Source of the DNA: Camelus dromedarius
Taxonomy: Eukaryota
NCBI RefSeq assembly: GCF_036321535.1
Contig: NC_087437.1
Span: forward strand, 17,486,001 to 17,550,000
DNA: 64,000 nucleotides
Direction: 5' to 3'
A program made the translations under genes and the position numbers. The notes beneath the pieces were generated by a model, which made no database searches, was not told the origin of the DNA, and saw only the letters and a program-made list of their open reading frames with translations. Each line of letters begins with the position of its first letter. Within the stretch, counting starts at the first letter, position 1. Below are positions 12,011 through 25,600 of this stretch, piece after piece.

Positions 12011-14094
12011 CTCTGGTCCTCTCACTTTCTAACTTCTGTGTTTGCACCCGTATCTGTTTTCTGGTTCTTCAAGCCAGCAGGACTGTCACTGTTCATGGCA
12101 CCAAGAGAAACCTGCCTACAGACCCAGAACTGTAAAAAAAAAAAAAGTGGGAAACTCACCCAGAGACATTCCCTTCTTCCAAGTGTCAACTTTGGGTTGC
12201 TTTCCAGTGACTTAAGGAAGTTGGTTTTATATTTTGATCAGGTTTTAAAATTTATCTGGTCTGATGATTGCTCCTCTGTCGTGAGTGGAAGCAGAGCTGG
12301 GTAATAAAAGAAGAATCCCTGAATGAACCCAGAATGATGATGATGACAGTGATGATGGGAGGGGCATTCCTGGCTCAGCAGGTTGCAAGCTCTTTTCCCC
12401 GTACATGGTGAAAAGCTCAGCCTCCTCGGCTGGACTGCATCTGGTAGTCACCCTTTTTGGCTTTCCTCTCAACTCTGTTGCCCACGCTTACCCTCTGCTC
12501 ATGGGCTATTCCACTCTTAACACCCTCCCTCGTTTTCTCTCTTCTGGTCCTACATTCAGTGACCCCGCAGAGTTTCCTCCTGACATGAGGGTCAGGGGGC
12601 ACTCGGATCCGCCCAAGACTCAGTGTGTTGTTAGGAAGCCACAGAGTAAGGGGGCAGAGAAGAACCATATAAAGGGTCCGTTATAGAATTTCAGGTGCAC
12701 AAGAAAAGCCCTCGAATGGCAAGAGCTCCTAGGAATCCTAATGCATTATGAGCCACACCTTAAAAATAGCTTTTGGAGGAAACGAAGCAGCTGAGATGAG
12801 ACCAAGAGACAAGGAGATTCTATGAGAGAATGACCACTTTCGTCTGGGGAGACAGATGCCACGCCTCTTGGCCACCTTTCGCGTCTCTGTTCTTCTAACC
12901 ATCCTTCCAACGTTGTCCCAATGTCTGTTCCGGAAAGCTTTTAATTTTTATTCTGTTTCTCCCCAGATTTTAAAGTGGACAGTGTCTCTGCATATATGCC
13001 TTTCCCACAGTGCTGTGTGAGAAACAGATCACTAGTGTCCCTCAGACCCCAGACAGGTCCGGGAGCCGCGCATCACCACCGCCATCTGCCCCCCCTCAGC
13101 CCTTGACTTTAGTATAGCCTCGCTGCACTTCAACATTTGCATTCGTTATAGGCAATCCTCTCAACTATTAAAAAGCAGCTTCCAGCCAACCTGGCACAAT
13201 CCACACATCTTTCCAATTAAACCATGGAAAATTACCAAGTGGAAATCCTTGACAAAGCTTCAAAAAGTCTGATGGAGTTTGCAAGTGTTTGTCTGTTTGG
13301 ATTCAACATGTCATGTCCACATCTATAACTTTATGGTTGGTGATGGTTGCCCTCTGAAATATACCATTAAAAATGCCTTTCCATTCAAGTTGATATCACC
13401 AAGGAGCAGTCTAAAGCAAAAATGTACATGCAAGGAAAACGACATTAGGACTGCTCAGTGTGTATTCCCTGTTTTAAAAGATATTGTCTTTTCCCTGTCT
13501 TTCATCCATAATTGCTTCATGGGGATGGAAGCTCTGGAGCTAGAGGGTCTTCCTTTCCTTTCTCTGACTCACTTTATTCTTTCTCCTCTTGCTGTCAGAT
13601 TCGACTGGACTATGGGCAGCAAGCAGAAAGATGGCCTCACGTTAGTCATTCTTTGATGAACCATCCCAAGTCTGACTTTGTGTGCTTCACAGAAAGTGGG
13701 GTTTGTGAGCTCAGATGCTTCTGGGACCCAAACAAGTGCAAAAAAAAAAAAAAAAAAGGGGTGTACGGTGCAATAAATGTGATGTAATAGGGAGAGATGT
13801 GGGGACCGTGGCAAAAGTGTCCCAGCTGAAAAAGCAGCTGCTTCTCAGGTTCAAGCAGTTTACTGCCAGGAGAGCATGGGAGCCAGAGCTACCTGATCTC
13901 CAAGTTTGAAATGAGAAGCTAGAAATCCAGATTTTTCTAATACATCTGAATTTTAAATTTTAAAAACTAATTCAAATGAAAAAAAAATAGACATCAGCTG
14001 AACCTCGCTTGAAAGTTTGTTCTAACCTGTGGGACAACAGTTTTGTACCTCCTGAAATTCTCAGATGGTGCTGTTTCACTTTAATGTTCTAGAA

Positions 14095-14400
14095 CTACGC
14101 CGTCCAGGACGGTAGCTGCTAGCCATGTGTGGCTATTAAGTTCTTGAAATATGACGAGGCTACATCAAGATGTGCTGTAACTATAAAATACATGATAGAT
14201 TTTGAAGACAGAACAAGAAAAGTGTGAAATATTTTATTAATATTTTTATACTGATTACATGTTGACATAATATTTATTTTTAAAACAAAATATACTCTTG
14301 AAATCAATTTCACCTGTTTCTTTTTACCTGCTAAAATGTGCTACTGGAGAATTTTTTATTGCCTATGTAGCTCACATTATACTTCCACTGGATAGCGCTG
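14095..14400. mobile_element. MER33-like hAT-Charlie DNA transposon
   Basis: About 305 bp with ends ctacgccgtcca...ggatagcgctg. Imperfect 8-bp target site duplication (TSD) ttctagaa/ctctagag fits the hAT NTCTAGAN target. Confidence 0.75.
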
Positions 14401-15252
14401 CTCTAGAGTTTAAAAAGCAATCGAGTTTAAGTACTGCAGATTTAGACAGCCAGTGTCCTGAGGATCTGACAGGGTCTAGTAGCAGTGACTTGGTGGCAGG
14501 CTCCATTAGTGAGCCCTGCTTGTACACTGTCCCTTACTGTGGTTTGCCCGCGGACACTAGGCAGGAGCCTGCAGCCGCCTCTTTACAAATAAGATCAAGT
14601 TTGCAACTGATTCAATGAAGCAGGAGGTGGGGACTGGGATGGAGGAAACCATTGTGCCCACTTATCTGTGCCCAGTGCCCCTCTTCAGAGTGATGACGGG
14701 AGGGGCTGTGGGAGAAGCTGTGAAAGAAAGACCCCCATGAGTTTGGTGGAGGCCAATAGGCTAGTGACACTGGGGAGAGCCACCCTGAAAGGGAGATACA
14801 TGCATTTTTACAACCAGTGATGATGATGTGCTGGGGTCGCTGGGAGAGGACGGCAAAACATTATTTCACAAATAGGAATGAGATGTTTGTGTGTACAGAG
14901 AACCATCCCTGGACTGGGCACCCTTCAATGCTGCATAAGGAGTACCTCAGGCCAGGTCACTATTCTCAGAGCTCTCTGGTGGGAGAAGGTTAGATTTTTC
15001 GGACCAGAATTACATTCTGGGCTCTTGGGGGGCAGGATCCCAGAGAGAGGAGCACCTAGGAAGCAGGGCCCCAAGAGATCTGATCTCAGTAAATGCTGGA
15101 AGCCCCTGATGGAGGCGTGGGAATTGTCTTTGGGCTTTTTTTGCTGCTTAAAAGTTAATGAATCAAATAGTTCAACTATTTTGGGATATTCTCTACAACT
15201 ACTATTACTCTGACTATCCATCTAATGAATATGAATGAAAATTATTTTTCAG

Positions 15253-15360
15253 AAAATAACCAGTTCACCCCAGAAGTTAATCAGCTGCAGAAGGGAGGAG
15301 GTAGAAGTCTGTGCAATGGCCGGACTGTCTTCCAAGGAGCTCCTCGGGGTCTTCATCTAG
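15253..15360 (+). CDS. IL20RB: IL20RB last coding exon (cytoplasmic tail, stop codon)
   Basis: Acceptor ttttcAG at 15251-15252, then KITSSPQKLISCRREEVEVCAMAGLSSKELLGVFI with TAG at 15358-15360. Matches the recalled IL20RB tail KITNSPQKLISCRREEV. This frame is not in the ORF track. Confidence 0.93.
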   Translation, partial: KITSSPQKLISCRREEVEVCAMAGLSSKELLGVFI

Positions 15361-16165
15361 CAGGCTGGGGATGGGGCCCAGCTGAAGCTGGAAATTGTGG
15401 TCTGCGTGACACAGGAGCCTCAAGGGGAAAGTCCTTGTTGCTGTTTTCCTCCATGAGCAAAGGACAAGAGAAGAGCCTGCCGTGCTCCTGTCCCAGAAGC
15501 AACTGTCTGAGGCAGGGTAGGGTGGCAGCCGGAGCGCTGAGCACGGGTCAGGAGATGTGACCTCTGGCACTGGATCTATCTGTCATGTACTGGTGGAATG
15601 ACCCTGGGGAAAGTGACTGTCTCTCTACTCCTCAGTTTCCTCATCTATAAAATGGGAGGGGATTGACTACACAACAATTAAACCCTATGTATATATAACC
15701 ACATTATCTCCCCACCACTAGCAGAGCTGTCTGGAAATTGACAACATTGTACATTGTGATGGTTCAGCTTTTCTGAAGAGCTGTCGATACATGTGTAACG
15801 AGAATGATCCAAGGCTCTATACACCTGCTGGCTTGGAGAGCCCACTTTTCTAGCAGAACCTTGAAGAGGAAAGGAAGGATGGGTACAATGGGGTGGACTT
15901 CACTTCAAGCCAAATGTCTGCAGAGAGGTGACTGAGTGGCTCAGCCAGCTCTACAGTTCATGACCTGGAAGGAGGCCACAGCCCCACTGAAAATGGATGT
16001 TTGCGGACGCTCAGACACGTGAAACGCTGTCCGGGGTAAACAGCGTACACCCCGAGGACAGCGCTAAAACGCATGCGCTTGAGGAGATGCGCCTGCAGGA
16101 TGTCAGTAAGTGTGATGTTTGCCGTGTTCCTTTTTCCTGTAGAGTTGCTAAAGGGCAAAATGAAA

Positions 16166-16171
16166 AATAAA
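16166..16171 (+). terminator. Likely IL20RB polyadenylation signal (AATAAA); 3' UTR about 15361-16190
   Basis: First AATAAA after the stop, followed by GT/T-rich sequence (ttgggtcgtcatttgggtttctt). A weaker ATTAAA sits at 15677-15682. Confidence 0.55.
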
Positions 16172-19100
16172 AAGGGGTCACCTTGGGTCGTCATTTGGGT
16201 TTCTTCCAAAAAAGTGGTCCTTAGTGTTCCAGTTACATCATCAACCTTGAGTCCAGACCACCTGAAGGTCGCTTTTGGTCAGGAGGTTTAACCCCCGGTA
16301 GGGGACGGGGCAGGGGAAGAGGTGGGCAGCGTCTGGCTGCGTGGGGACCCTGACGGAGACAGCCGGCCAAAGCCTCACCTGGCCAGGGTCCTCCTGGGGC
16401 TTCCTGGAGGCCTCACTCTACAAGAAATCCCTTGAGAACCTCTTTTCCCTAAGGCAGCCTTCTCAGGGTATCCTTAGCAATTCCAGCTCATTCATCCAGG
16501 GCTCCAGCCTCTTCCTGACCCTCTCCTCGACCTCATGAGGAAGAATCAAAGTCACAGAAGGAAAGGAGGAGGGGCAGTTTCTTGAAGGCTGAAGCGATTG
16601 CCCAGCAAACCTGCGCCTCCCTTCTTAGACCCCACCCCTCCCAGCTCTGCAGCCTCTGAGCCGGTTTGTCTCCACCCCTACTTCCTGGGTCCCTTCCAGC
16701 CAGCCCAGACGTGGGGCAACCTAACTGCTTCAGCCAGGTGTTTCCCCCTACAAGCTGGAGGCCCACAGCCCTCTCTCCACCTGGTGGGGGTTCAAGAAGC
16801 CAGAGGAAGGGCTCTCTCTAGACAGATTGCCGAAGGTCTTCTCCTTTGTACCATTTTGTGTGCTTTGCATTGTCCGACTCTTTTATGAAGAGCGTGTGTT
16901 AGTTTCACATTTGGCCTAAACTGGACATGTATGTTTTGTTTGCAGAAATAAAGACTCTACTACCACACTGGCCATCACCCCTTCCTCTCTTCCCTGCCCC
17001 TGCACCCTGGGGCCAGTGTCCCCCTGTCACCTGTCCAAGCCCAGAACCCAAAGATGCCCCGACTTCCTTCTGCTTGAGCCCCTCTCACAATTAGTCCCCC
17101 TGCGCACCCATCTTGCCCTCATTATCTAGGTATACAGGAATTTCTCTCAGTTATTCTGTTGTCTGCTCATGTCCGCAACATCGTTTAGTGAAGCCCAGCC
17201 ATGCACCAGACCTCGAGCTAGTTCCCGATGGTGCAGGGGCTGCCTCCCCCTTGGCTGGTCATCCCCTCTGTCCTGGAGAACTTATATTCAGACCCCCTAG
17301 GCCTTCTCTTTTCCCCTCGAATCGATTTACCTTTGTCACCCAGCCCTCTAACTGGGGCACTTTAATGAGTAAAAAGGGGTGTGATTAACAACTCCAACAG
17401 GATGGCAGGAAGACTACCATCTCTCTTTGCTGTTGCTCAATGGAGTGGACTCCCCCCGACCCCAGTGTCAACCCAGCTTTCTCAGACCTGCCTTCAGATG
17501 CTGCCAGAGTCCAATGAACAAAACTCCTGCTCCATGAGGCTTACCTTCAGATGGGGGAATGGAGAAATAAAAATAATAAGAGTAATTATTATTATTAAGT
17601 GAATTATATTGGGTTTTGTAAGTCCTATGGGAAAATGACAAAGTAAAGCAGAAAACAGGGAGAGTGTGAGGGCAGGCTGGAACCTCTAAATGGAAATGAA
17701 TGGAAACTGTCTATCAGATAAGTCCTTACACAGTGCGGGAGATCAAGCGTAATTCTAGAACAAAGTGATTTGGCAACGATTCCTTAGGAGTGTGCAGTCA
17801 AAACAAAAACTTTATTCAGTATTTGAACTGTTTGTATTGACAGTGTATTTTTTTTTTTTTGAGCTCTTCTCTTAAGTTTTCACATAGAGCAAGTAAGTAT
17901 TTATGTTTATTTTGATAGGAACCTAGATTTCAGGCTTAATGAGAGGAAAGTCCAATTGTAGACCCAAAACAAAACATTTGAAGCAGGAGCCATGTACTTT
18001 TGGAACTGAATTGAATCTATCAATATGAAGTCATGCCTTTATAAAACATTAAATTAAAGTATATGTTTCCTTTTTTGCTTTTTTTTTTCCCTACTGAAAT
18101 GGCCCAGTAGCAATGTACCCCAGCTTTTGGTTTCTAACACTATTTTTCTCTCAAAAGGAGCCAGGGTTTCTGGGAGCAATGTCTAATTCCATGCGTGGTC
18201 TGGGATGGAAGGGTGCAAGGCAACCCCAGGACATCTACACCCTGTTGGTCCAGAAGCAAAGCTTTAAATAATTGGCTCATCCAAAATAATGCAAGAGTCA
18301 GTCCTAAAGGGACACCCCCAGCCAAAGTTGGGACAATGTGAGCATCAAAAGGAGAATACTGGCTGACAGCAACTGACATGATAAGTTTGAAAAGTCATGA
18401 GTCCGTAACTGTATGCAAAAAGAGCAAATGCTAATACAAGGAATTCTCAAAGAAGATGAAGAGAATGTATTTCTAATGATTCTTGTTACTGACTCCTGTT
18501 GGGCTCCTTGGACTCACTGTATCAAAGACCAGTAGTGAATAAAATCAGTAACTGTAGATACATCAGTGAGAAGGCATTTTTCTCCACCACCACCATTCCC
18601 TGGCTCAGCCATGACCCTCACCCACCTGAGCGCCTGCAACGGCCTCCTCTTCCAGCCTTTCTGCGCCTGCCTATCTCGGGTCCTGCCAGGGATTCCGCGG
18701 CGAAGTTCTCTTAAGTTCCTTCCATAGACTGTCTGGTAGACTCTGTCTAGCCTCTGTGCTACCCTCCCCATCTCTTAGATATTTTTTCTTATTTTTCTGT
18801 GTGTCCTACTTTATCTTTTGGCTATCTTCCTGTGGGCGCAAAGTCCTCAAGTTGCCTTGGAACCTGGCCTGACTCATTCCTTCGTGGAAGTTCCGGCAGC
18901 TCCTAGAGCCCACCTGGAGCGGGGACCTCATTACGTCCACGGGTGTCTGGCGCCACCTTGTGTTGAGTGCTGGAATTTCCTTCTTTTGTTCCCACTCGCC
19001 TCTACGCCCTCTGGGTTTCCCTGCTGGAGAAAAGGAAAACTCAAGACAAGTGGCCTAGAATGAGAACACAATTGCAAAACTTCCCCGGGCTTGGTCCCTA

Positions 19101-21297
19101 GCCAGCCTCCACCGTCATCAGTGGCTTTAGAGTGCGGCAGCCACCGTCTCCTCACTCGTGCTCTGTCCGCAGCACATCATTAGAGGCTCCACTTTGTGCC
19201 CACGTGACTCTCCCTCCCTGCTGGACCCGGGGCCTCTGCCTCACGCCCCTGTCTGCCGGTCTTTCCTCTGTGCTGCCCTTTCCTACCTCTTAAGAAAAAG
19301 AGGTTCCTCCCGCCCCAACTGTGTGTCCTATTTCTAGCCTGTCCCTGGGTTTGACTGGCTTTCTGGGGGATGTTCTCATGCGGGGGAAGTCATATTAAAC
19401 CATTTTGGCATCTGGTCTTTGACATTTGGAACAGGCACACAAGAGCTGACCCCAAATTACAGTTTTCTCTTGCTGGCTCCAGGGACCCTGAGGTCCTCAA
19501 GGACCTAACAAAAAAGCCCAGAAAACCCATCGTCGCCAGAGGTGGGCGCACACACAGATGGGAGCAGGAGGCTCTTGAAGGGAAGACAGTCCTTTCTGTC
19601 TCCTTTGGGGAGTGGCTGCCAGCCCAGGAGAGGATGTAAAACCCCATTAAGGGCCTTGGAGGAAAAATTGATGAGCCTTTTCAGGTACCTACAAGAAGCT
19701 CCCAAAGCAAAAGGACAAACTCTCCTACTGTGGAGGGGGTACGTGCTGGGTCCCTAGGTTACAGAGGGCCAGTGGGGTGGAAGAATGACTGTATTTTAAA
19801 TGAAGAGTTGTAATTTAGCAGGTGGCAGCAAGTGGAAGCTGAAATGTACATATGTGTAACTGTAAGCAGCTCAGTTTTTTAATGAGATAATCTCTTTGTC
19901 AGATCAAAGGATTTGTCTCCTTCCACCCTCCTCCTTTCTTCACTTTCTTTCCTCTTTTCCATCCTCCCTCCCTCCCTATCTCCTTCCTTCCTTCTTTCCT
20001 TCCTTTTCTAAAAAAATTTTAAACTCTGAAAGAAAAATTAATTTGGGGTTGGTAAAGACAAGCCCAAGGTTGAAGAACTGATAAGCCTGGGTCTGAGGTG
20101 AGGTTCTAAACGTGTTGCCTAAAAGCAAAAAGCCCAGGTTCTGGTGATGTATATGGTATTTGTGGTGGTGGGACATGTACAGGAAGTGGGGTCTGGACTC
20201 CCCACCTACCCCAGTGGGCAGTGCTCAGGCCCCTCTCCTTGCTCCTCTCACCTAACTGGTTCTTGGAGCTTCAAGGCTTGGGTGGGTCCACCAAGGCCAG
20301 ACTGGGCTGAAGGTGCAGCCCCAGGGGGAACAGGAGCCCAGGAACAGCATGTTGGAAGCCCAGAGCCTTCTGAGCCTGATGGAGGAGGCGTCTGCCTTAC
20401 GTGATATCAGTGTTTGCACCTGAGATTTTATCTGAGCATGTTGAACCGGCTGGACCTCTCATGAAGAAGTGTCCACTCTTCTGGGTAGGACAGGACAGGA
20501 GAGGAAAGTATGTCTGCTGTAGCCACTAATAAGCAAACTCCTGTCACTGAGGGAGAATGTTGCCACTTTGGAAATGGGCTTGTCCACTCTGTGAGGACTG
20601 AGATGACTGGGTCTGGGGCATGCGTCTTGCTTGTCTAGGTCCGTAGTGTCTGAGACACCTGGAAGACATCTGATTAAGATGGTGGAGTGGGCACATATAT
20701 AAACCCTTTCTGTAACTTCGTCCAGCCACAGTGATTGAGGCCAGAGTGATTGATGAAACACACGCAGGCACACATGCACTCACACACCAATCAATCACTG
20801 TGGACCAATAATGAAGAATCAGTCTACAGGGTAAGCTGATGAAGTGTAGCCTGAGGGTCGAGGAGACTGGTTATACATAGGTTGGGATTCAAAGCTCAGG
20901 CAGGGACGGAGATGAATGTACCCCTTACCTGGCAGGAAAGTGGACCTGTGCTCACTGCACGAAGCTGGGTTGGGGCTGGTTGTCTTGTCTATCCAGTGAA
21001 TGGGGGCTGAACACACTTCAGAAAAGGTGCTGCTTGCTGATGGTGCAGGAAGGAAAAAGAGCATCTTTGTTCCAGAAAGAACTGGGCTGGTGCTGCACCC
21101 ATGGAATTTTGTTGGCTGAGGGCAAACACCTGAAAGTCCATAGCTTTAGACCTGGTGCTGGGTGTGTAAACTAGGAAGAGTGGGCTAAGCCAGCTGCAAA
21201 AGAACCTACCATGCAAAGACTTGTTCATGAAAAACACTCCCAGGCAGAGTGAGCTGTGAAACAAAAATGACAAAAGATGTGATGAGATTCCTCATGA

Positions 21298-21457
21298 ACA
21301 GCACAGGGAACTATGTTCAATATCTTGTAATAACTTTTAATGGAAAAAATGTGAAAAGGAATATATGTATGTACATGCATGGCTGGGACATTGTGCTCTA
21401 CACCAGAAATTGACACTTTGTAATTTACTGTACTTCAATTTAAAAAAAAGAAAAAAG
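21298..21457 (+). mobile_element. 5'-truncated L1 3' end with poly(A)
   Basis: gcacagggaactat...acaccagaaattgac...cttcaattt followed by an A tail. Imperfect TSD gagattcctcat/gaaattcctcat. Confidence 0.85.
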
Positions 21458-22065
21458 AAATTCCTCATAAGGCATATTTTACAGACTCAACAAACAGAAG
21501 AATTCATAATGAACAGATGGAAATAATAGATAATTCAAAAATCTAAAAACTCGTGGAATGTATCCTACCCTTCCTTAAAATTTAGTGGTGGCGGGGATTT
21601 TCCCTGCCAGTTGAGAATTTTGGGGTTAATTCTGGGTAATAGAAAGCTCTATAGGTACTTTAACTAGGAGTTTTTGTTCATGCTTAAAATTACCTCTTCC
21701 CAGAGAATAATGAAACCTTTGAACTCTCATGAGAGATAATGCTTCTTTTGTCTTTAGCAGGTAGCTTCCTTATGTTGGGAAAGGGTGTGATCAGTTTCTC
21801 TCTTTTTTTACCTCCTCCTCTTTTACCTGCTGCCACTGCGGACCTCTCTGAGACTGGGGTTCAAGGAGGGAAGTGGGGAAAGGGGGATCAGGGAGGTCCT
21901 ACTTGACTGGAACAATGGAAAGTGAGGTTTGGACTCCCTGGGCCTGGCTGAGATTTAAAGCAGATTCTTTCTCCTGTGGGTAATTTTGTGGGTTCTTTGT
22001 CAGCTTTTCTGCTGAAACTTTCAGACTGTAACTCCCATGTAGGCAAGAATTTTGTTTTTCCCGTT

Positions 22066-22513
22066 TGTGATGGTTAACTTTACGTGTGAACTTGGCTGGG
22101 CCAGGGGGTGACCAGATATTTCGATGATCATGCTTCTGGGTGTGCCTGCCAGGGTGTTTCTGGATGAGATTAGCATTTGAATTGGTAGATTGAGTAAAGA
22201 AGACTGCCCTCTCCAAGGTGGGTGGGCCTCATCCAACCTAGTGAAGGCCTGAATGGAATAAAAAGACTGAGTAAGAAAGAATTCTCTCTCTGCCCAACTG
22301 TCTTTGAGCTGGGACATCGCTATTCCATTTTCAGACTCAGACTTGGACTGTAATTTACACCATTGGCTTTCCTGGGGCTCCAGTTTGCCAGCTGCAAGTC
22401 TTGGGACTTAGCCTCCAAATCACATGAGCCTGTTTCTTATAGTAAACCTCAATCTCTCTCTCTCTCTCCCCATCTCTATATATAAATTATTATTATTATT
22501 ATTATTATTATTG

Positions 22514-22567
<54 letters not shown>

Positions 22568-22659
22568 TCAGACTAATACAGATTCTCCAGGGACATAGAA
22601 CCAATAGAAGATAGCCCTCTCTCACTCACTATCTATCTGTCTCTTCCAGATTATTACAG
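22066..22659 (+). mobile_element. MLT2-family LTR (5' LTR of an ERVL provirus)
   Basis: Starts TGTGATGGTTAACTTT, contains gtgtttctggatgagattagcatttgaattggtag, has the LTR end motif gactaataca, and is followed by a tRNA-Leu-type primer binding site. Confidence 0.9.
22486..22566. repeat. (TTA)n microsatellite, about 80 bp, inside the MLT2 LTR
   Basis: Directly visible, with a short TTG interruption. Confidence 0.95.
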
Positions 22660-25600
22660 GTTTTGGTACTGAGAGTGGTTCTAGACTTACAGAATTTTAA
22701 GCATGAGTTTCCCAAATTGGTTCTGTGGTTTCTGGAATTGGTTCTCTAATCTGATTTGATTTAAAGGTGATAATGACTTTATTTCCTATAGGAAAGAGAG
22801 CACTGATAGTCTATGGAATGATTTGGCTGTAGGGATCTGTGAAATATCTCTGCTGGATACTCCTGATCTGCCGCTTATAGGAAGCAAGGATTTGGGTGGC
22901 TGTGTATATGATACTTTTGAACACTTTTAGAAAAAAAAAAAAAGAATATAACTGTGAGGCTGGCTGGTGGGTCCTAATGTCACTGGACAAGGTGGCAAAA
23001 AGAAAGGATGAGCTGAGGGATTTGAATTCCTGGCTCAAACACTGCATAGATGACCCGCAAGCTCCCAGGTGTGCCCTGAGGGAATCTCTCACCTTCTGCA
23101 GCTGGAGGTCTGAGATTGCTGAAAATCATACACAGAACTGCAGCCTGTGACTGAGTTACAATGCAAGGTGAGCTCCCGGCTTTGCAGGGCATCTACTGCT
23201 AAGGGGGGGGCAATGACTGGGCAAGAAGCGGGTCCTGTGAGTTGCAGTGAGGATGTGTGGGGAGGCTCTGGTGAAGCTGTGGACATTGACTCCTAGATCT
23301 TGATGAGTTTTTGCCAGTGGAAGAGGCCACCCCCAGGAGAGGCAGTCTTCCCGCTACAGTGGTTCCAGTTCCCCACTGAGTGACTTAGCCTTGCATCGGC
23401 TGCAGAAACAGTGATGCCTCTTCTGAGGCAGTTGCTCTGCAAGACGATGCTGATTCTTCTCAGGACCCAGCCCCATACTAGAAGCTCTTTGCTTCTAGAC
23501 CCATAACTAAACTCAAGCCCCGGCCACCCCTGGGGGTGAGGCCCAAAGTGTCACCCGTGAAGAGGTGCGCTGCACTCTGAAAGAATGACTCAGGTTTCCT
23601 AACGTATGCAGACAGCAATCCAGGGAGCACGTGTGGGAATGGACATGGAGGGTGTGGGATAATGGTGAGAAGAACATAAAGATGGATTGGGTTGACCTTA
23701 TTCATACAGACTCACTAAGCAGAGACTCTGCACTTACGGTGCAGCTTGGGGAGTTAGGAAGTGCTCCGAAGGTTTGATTGTTTGGTTGACTTAAACATGG
23801 AGTAACGTTGGCTCACAGCGAGCAAATTAGACATGACAGACTTGCCTTGGTTTTATGTAGGAGGGATCCAAAGACTTAGGGAAATTAGAATGTTAGAGTG
23901 GATTTGTCATTTAAGACCTACTACCTACATTGGGAGGGCCCAGAAGACATAACTTTCTTTTCTATTTTATTTAAAAAATTAAAGTATAGTTGGTTTACAA
24001 TATTATATTAGTTTCTGGTATATAACATTATTCAATATTTTTATAGTTATTTAAAATTACTATAAAATATTGGCTATATTCCCTGTGCTGTACATTCCAT
24101 CCTTGTATCTTATTTCTTTTCTTTTTCCCCTCCTTTTAAAAATTGAAGTATAGTTGGTTTACAATGTTGTGTTAATTTCAGGTTTATTTATTTTCTACCT
24201 ACTAGTTCAATCTCCTTCACTTATCTTGCCCCCCTCAGACCCCTCTCCCCACTGGTAACCACTAGTTTGTTCTCCGTATCTGTGAGTCTGCTTCTGTTTT
24301 GTTATATTCATTTGTTTGTTTTAGTTTTTAGATTTTGCCTATAAGTGAAAACATACAGTATTTGCCTTTCTCTGCAGAAGACCTTTCACCACCACTGTGA
24401 GAAATGAATCTGAGAGGGGAGCCCCGACATCCTTGAAGAGCTGTGATCATCCTTCTCTGCAGGTCAGATCTCAGTCATTGAGATGCAGTCATTGAGATCT
24501 GAATGCGACAGGAGTCATTGGATCCAAGGTGGCAGGGGCCGAGTGGTGGCATTCAACTGGTGGATATGGTTAGTGTAACGGATAGCGGTCAGGACAGTCT
24601 GACTCACACAGACCTATGGCACTGGCTGGTTGATCCTGGTGTTCCTAGAAGTGAAACAGATAGGAAGCCTTCTAGATTCTCACTTGATCTGTACAAACGG
24701 AGAAGTTCTAGGTCAAGTGAATAGAAGTCTAACCTGAATCCTAAAAACAGAGAACTATGGCTTCTTGATCAATTTCCAGACCTGAGCCAGTTTATAGACC
24801 CAGAATGCCTTGAATGAAGGGGAGGCTGGTCTCCTTTAGGAAGAACACTGGAACATCACCCCAAATTTAACTGTTACTTTTCCTCTCAGCTTTCCCCAAA
24901 GAGGCTTAGAGCCTTTGACTGGGGTAACTGCACTGGGGAAAAGGTAATAATCAGGTCTTTTGGGGATGACTAGACCCTGTCTCTGAACTGGGTGATTCTG
25001 GGAGATGCAACATGTCACTGTGGTCTCCTGGTCAGAGGAGGGACTTACGAAGTTCAGGTGATCAATGAGGGCTGTGTCAGAGGGGGCCCAGTGGGTCCCT
25101 GAACACACCCTGCGGCTATTTCCCTGGTTCTGGGAGGCATAATTGGAACAGATATACTCAGCAGCTGGCAGAATCCCCACACTGGTTCTCTGACGCGTGG
25201 AATGAGGGCTACTATGGTGGGAAAGGCAGAGTGGAAGACCCTAAAATTGTCTCTACCTAGGAAACTGGTAACTCGAAGGCAATGCGACATCCTGGAGGGA
25301 GTGCAGAGACTAGTGGACCATCAAGGACTTGAAAGATGCACGGGGGTGATTCCTACCCCGCCCACATTCACCCACCTGTGCAACCTAGCGAAAGACGGAC
25401 CCTGGGGAATGACCGCGGGGTGTGGATTATTGTGAGCTTAACCACGTGGTGTTTCTCATTGCAGCTGCCGTTGCAGACATGAGTTCATTGCCTGAGCAAA
25501 TCAACACAGCCCTCGGCACCTGGTTTGCAGCTATTGATCTGGCAATTGCTTTTTTCTCATTACCTGTTAGTAAAGGCCTCCAGAAGCAGTGTCCTTTCAG

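Noticed and set aside
15225..15560. 111-aa ORF overlapping the last IL20RB exon
   Set aside because: Wrong frame. The homologous peptide is in the frame starting at 15253.
17700..18100. AT-rich, 3' UTR-like sequence that might be a retrocopy
   Set aside because: No clear poly(A) tail with TSD and no recognisable parent. It cannot be supported without a search.
19813..19830. Partial CTCF-like motifs (agcaggtggcagc here; similar at about 13080, 59540 and 60465)
   Set aside because: They lack the 5' CC or have the wrong spacing, so they are too weak to call.
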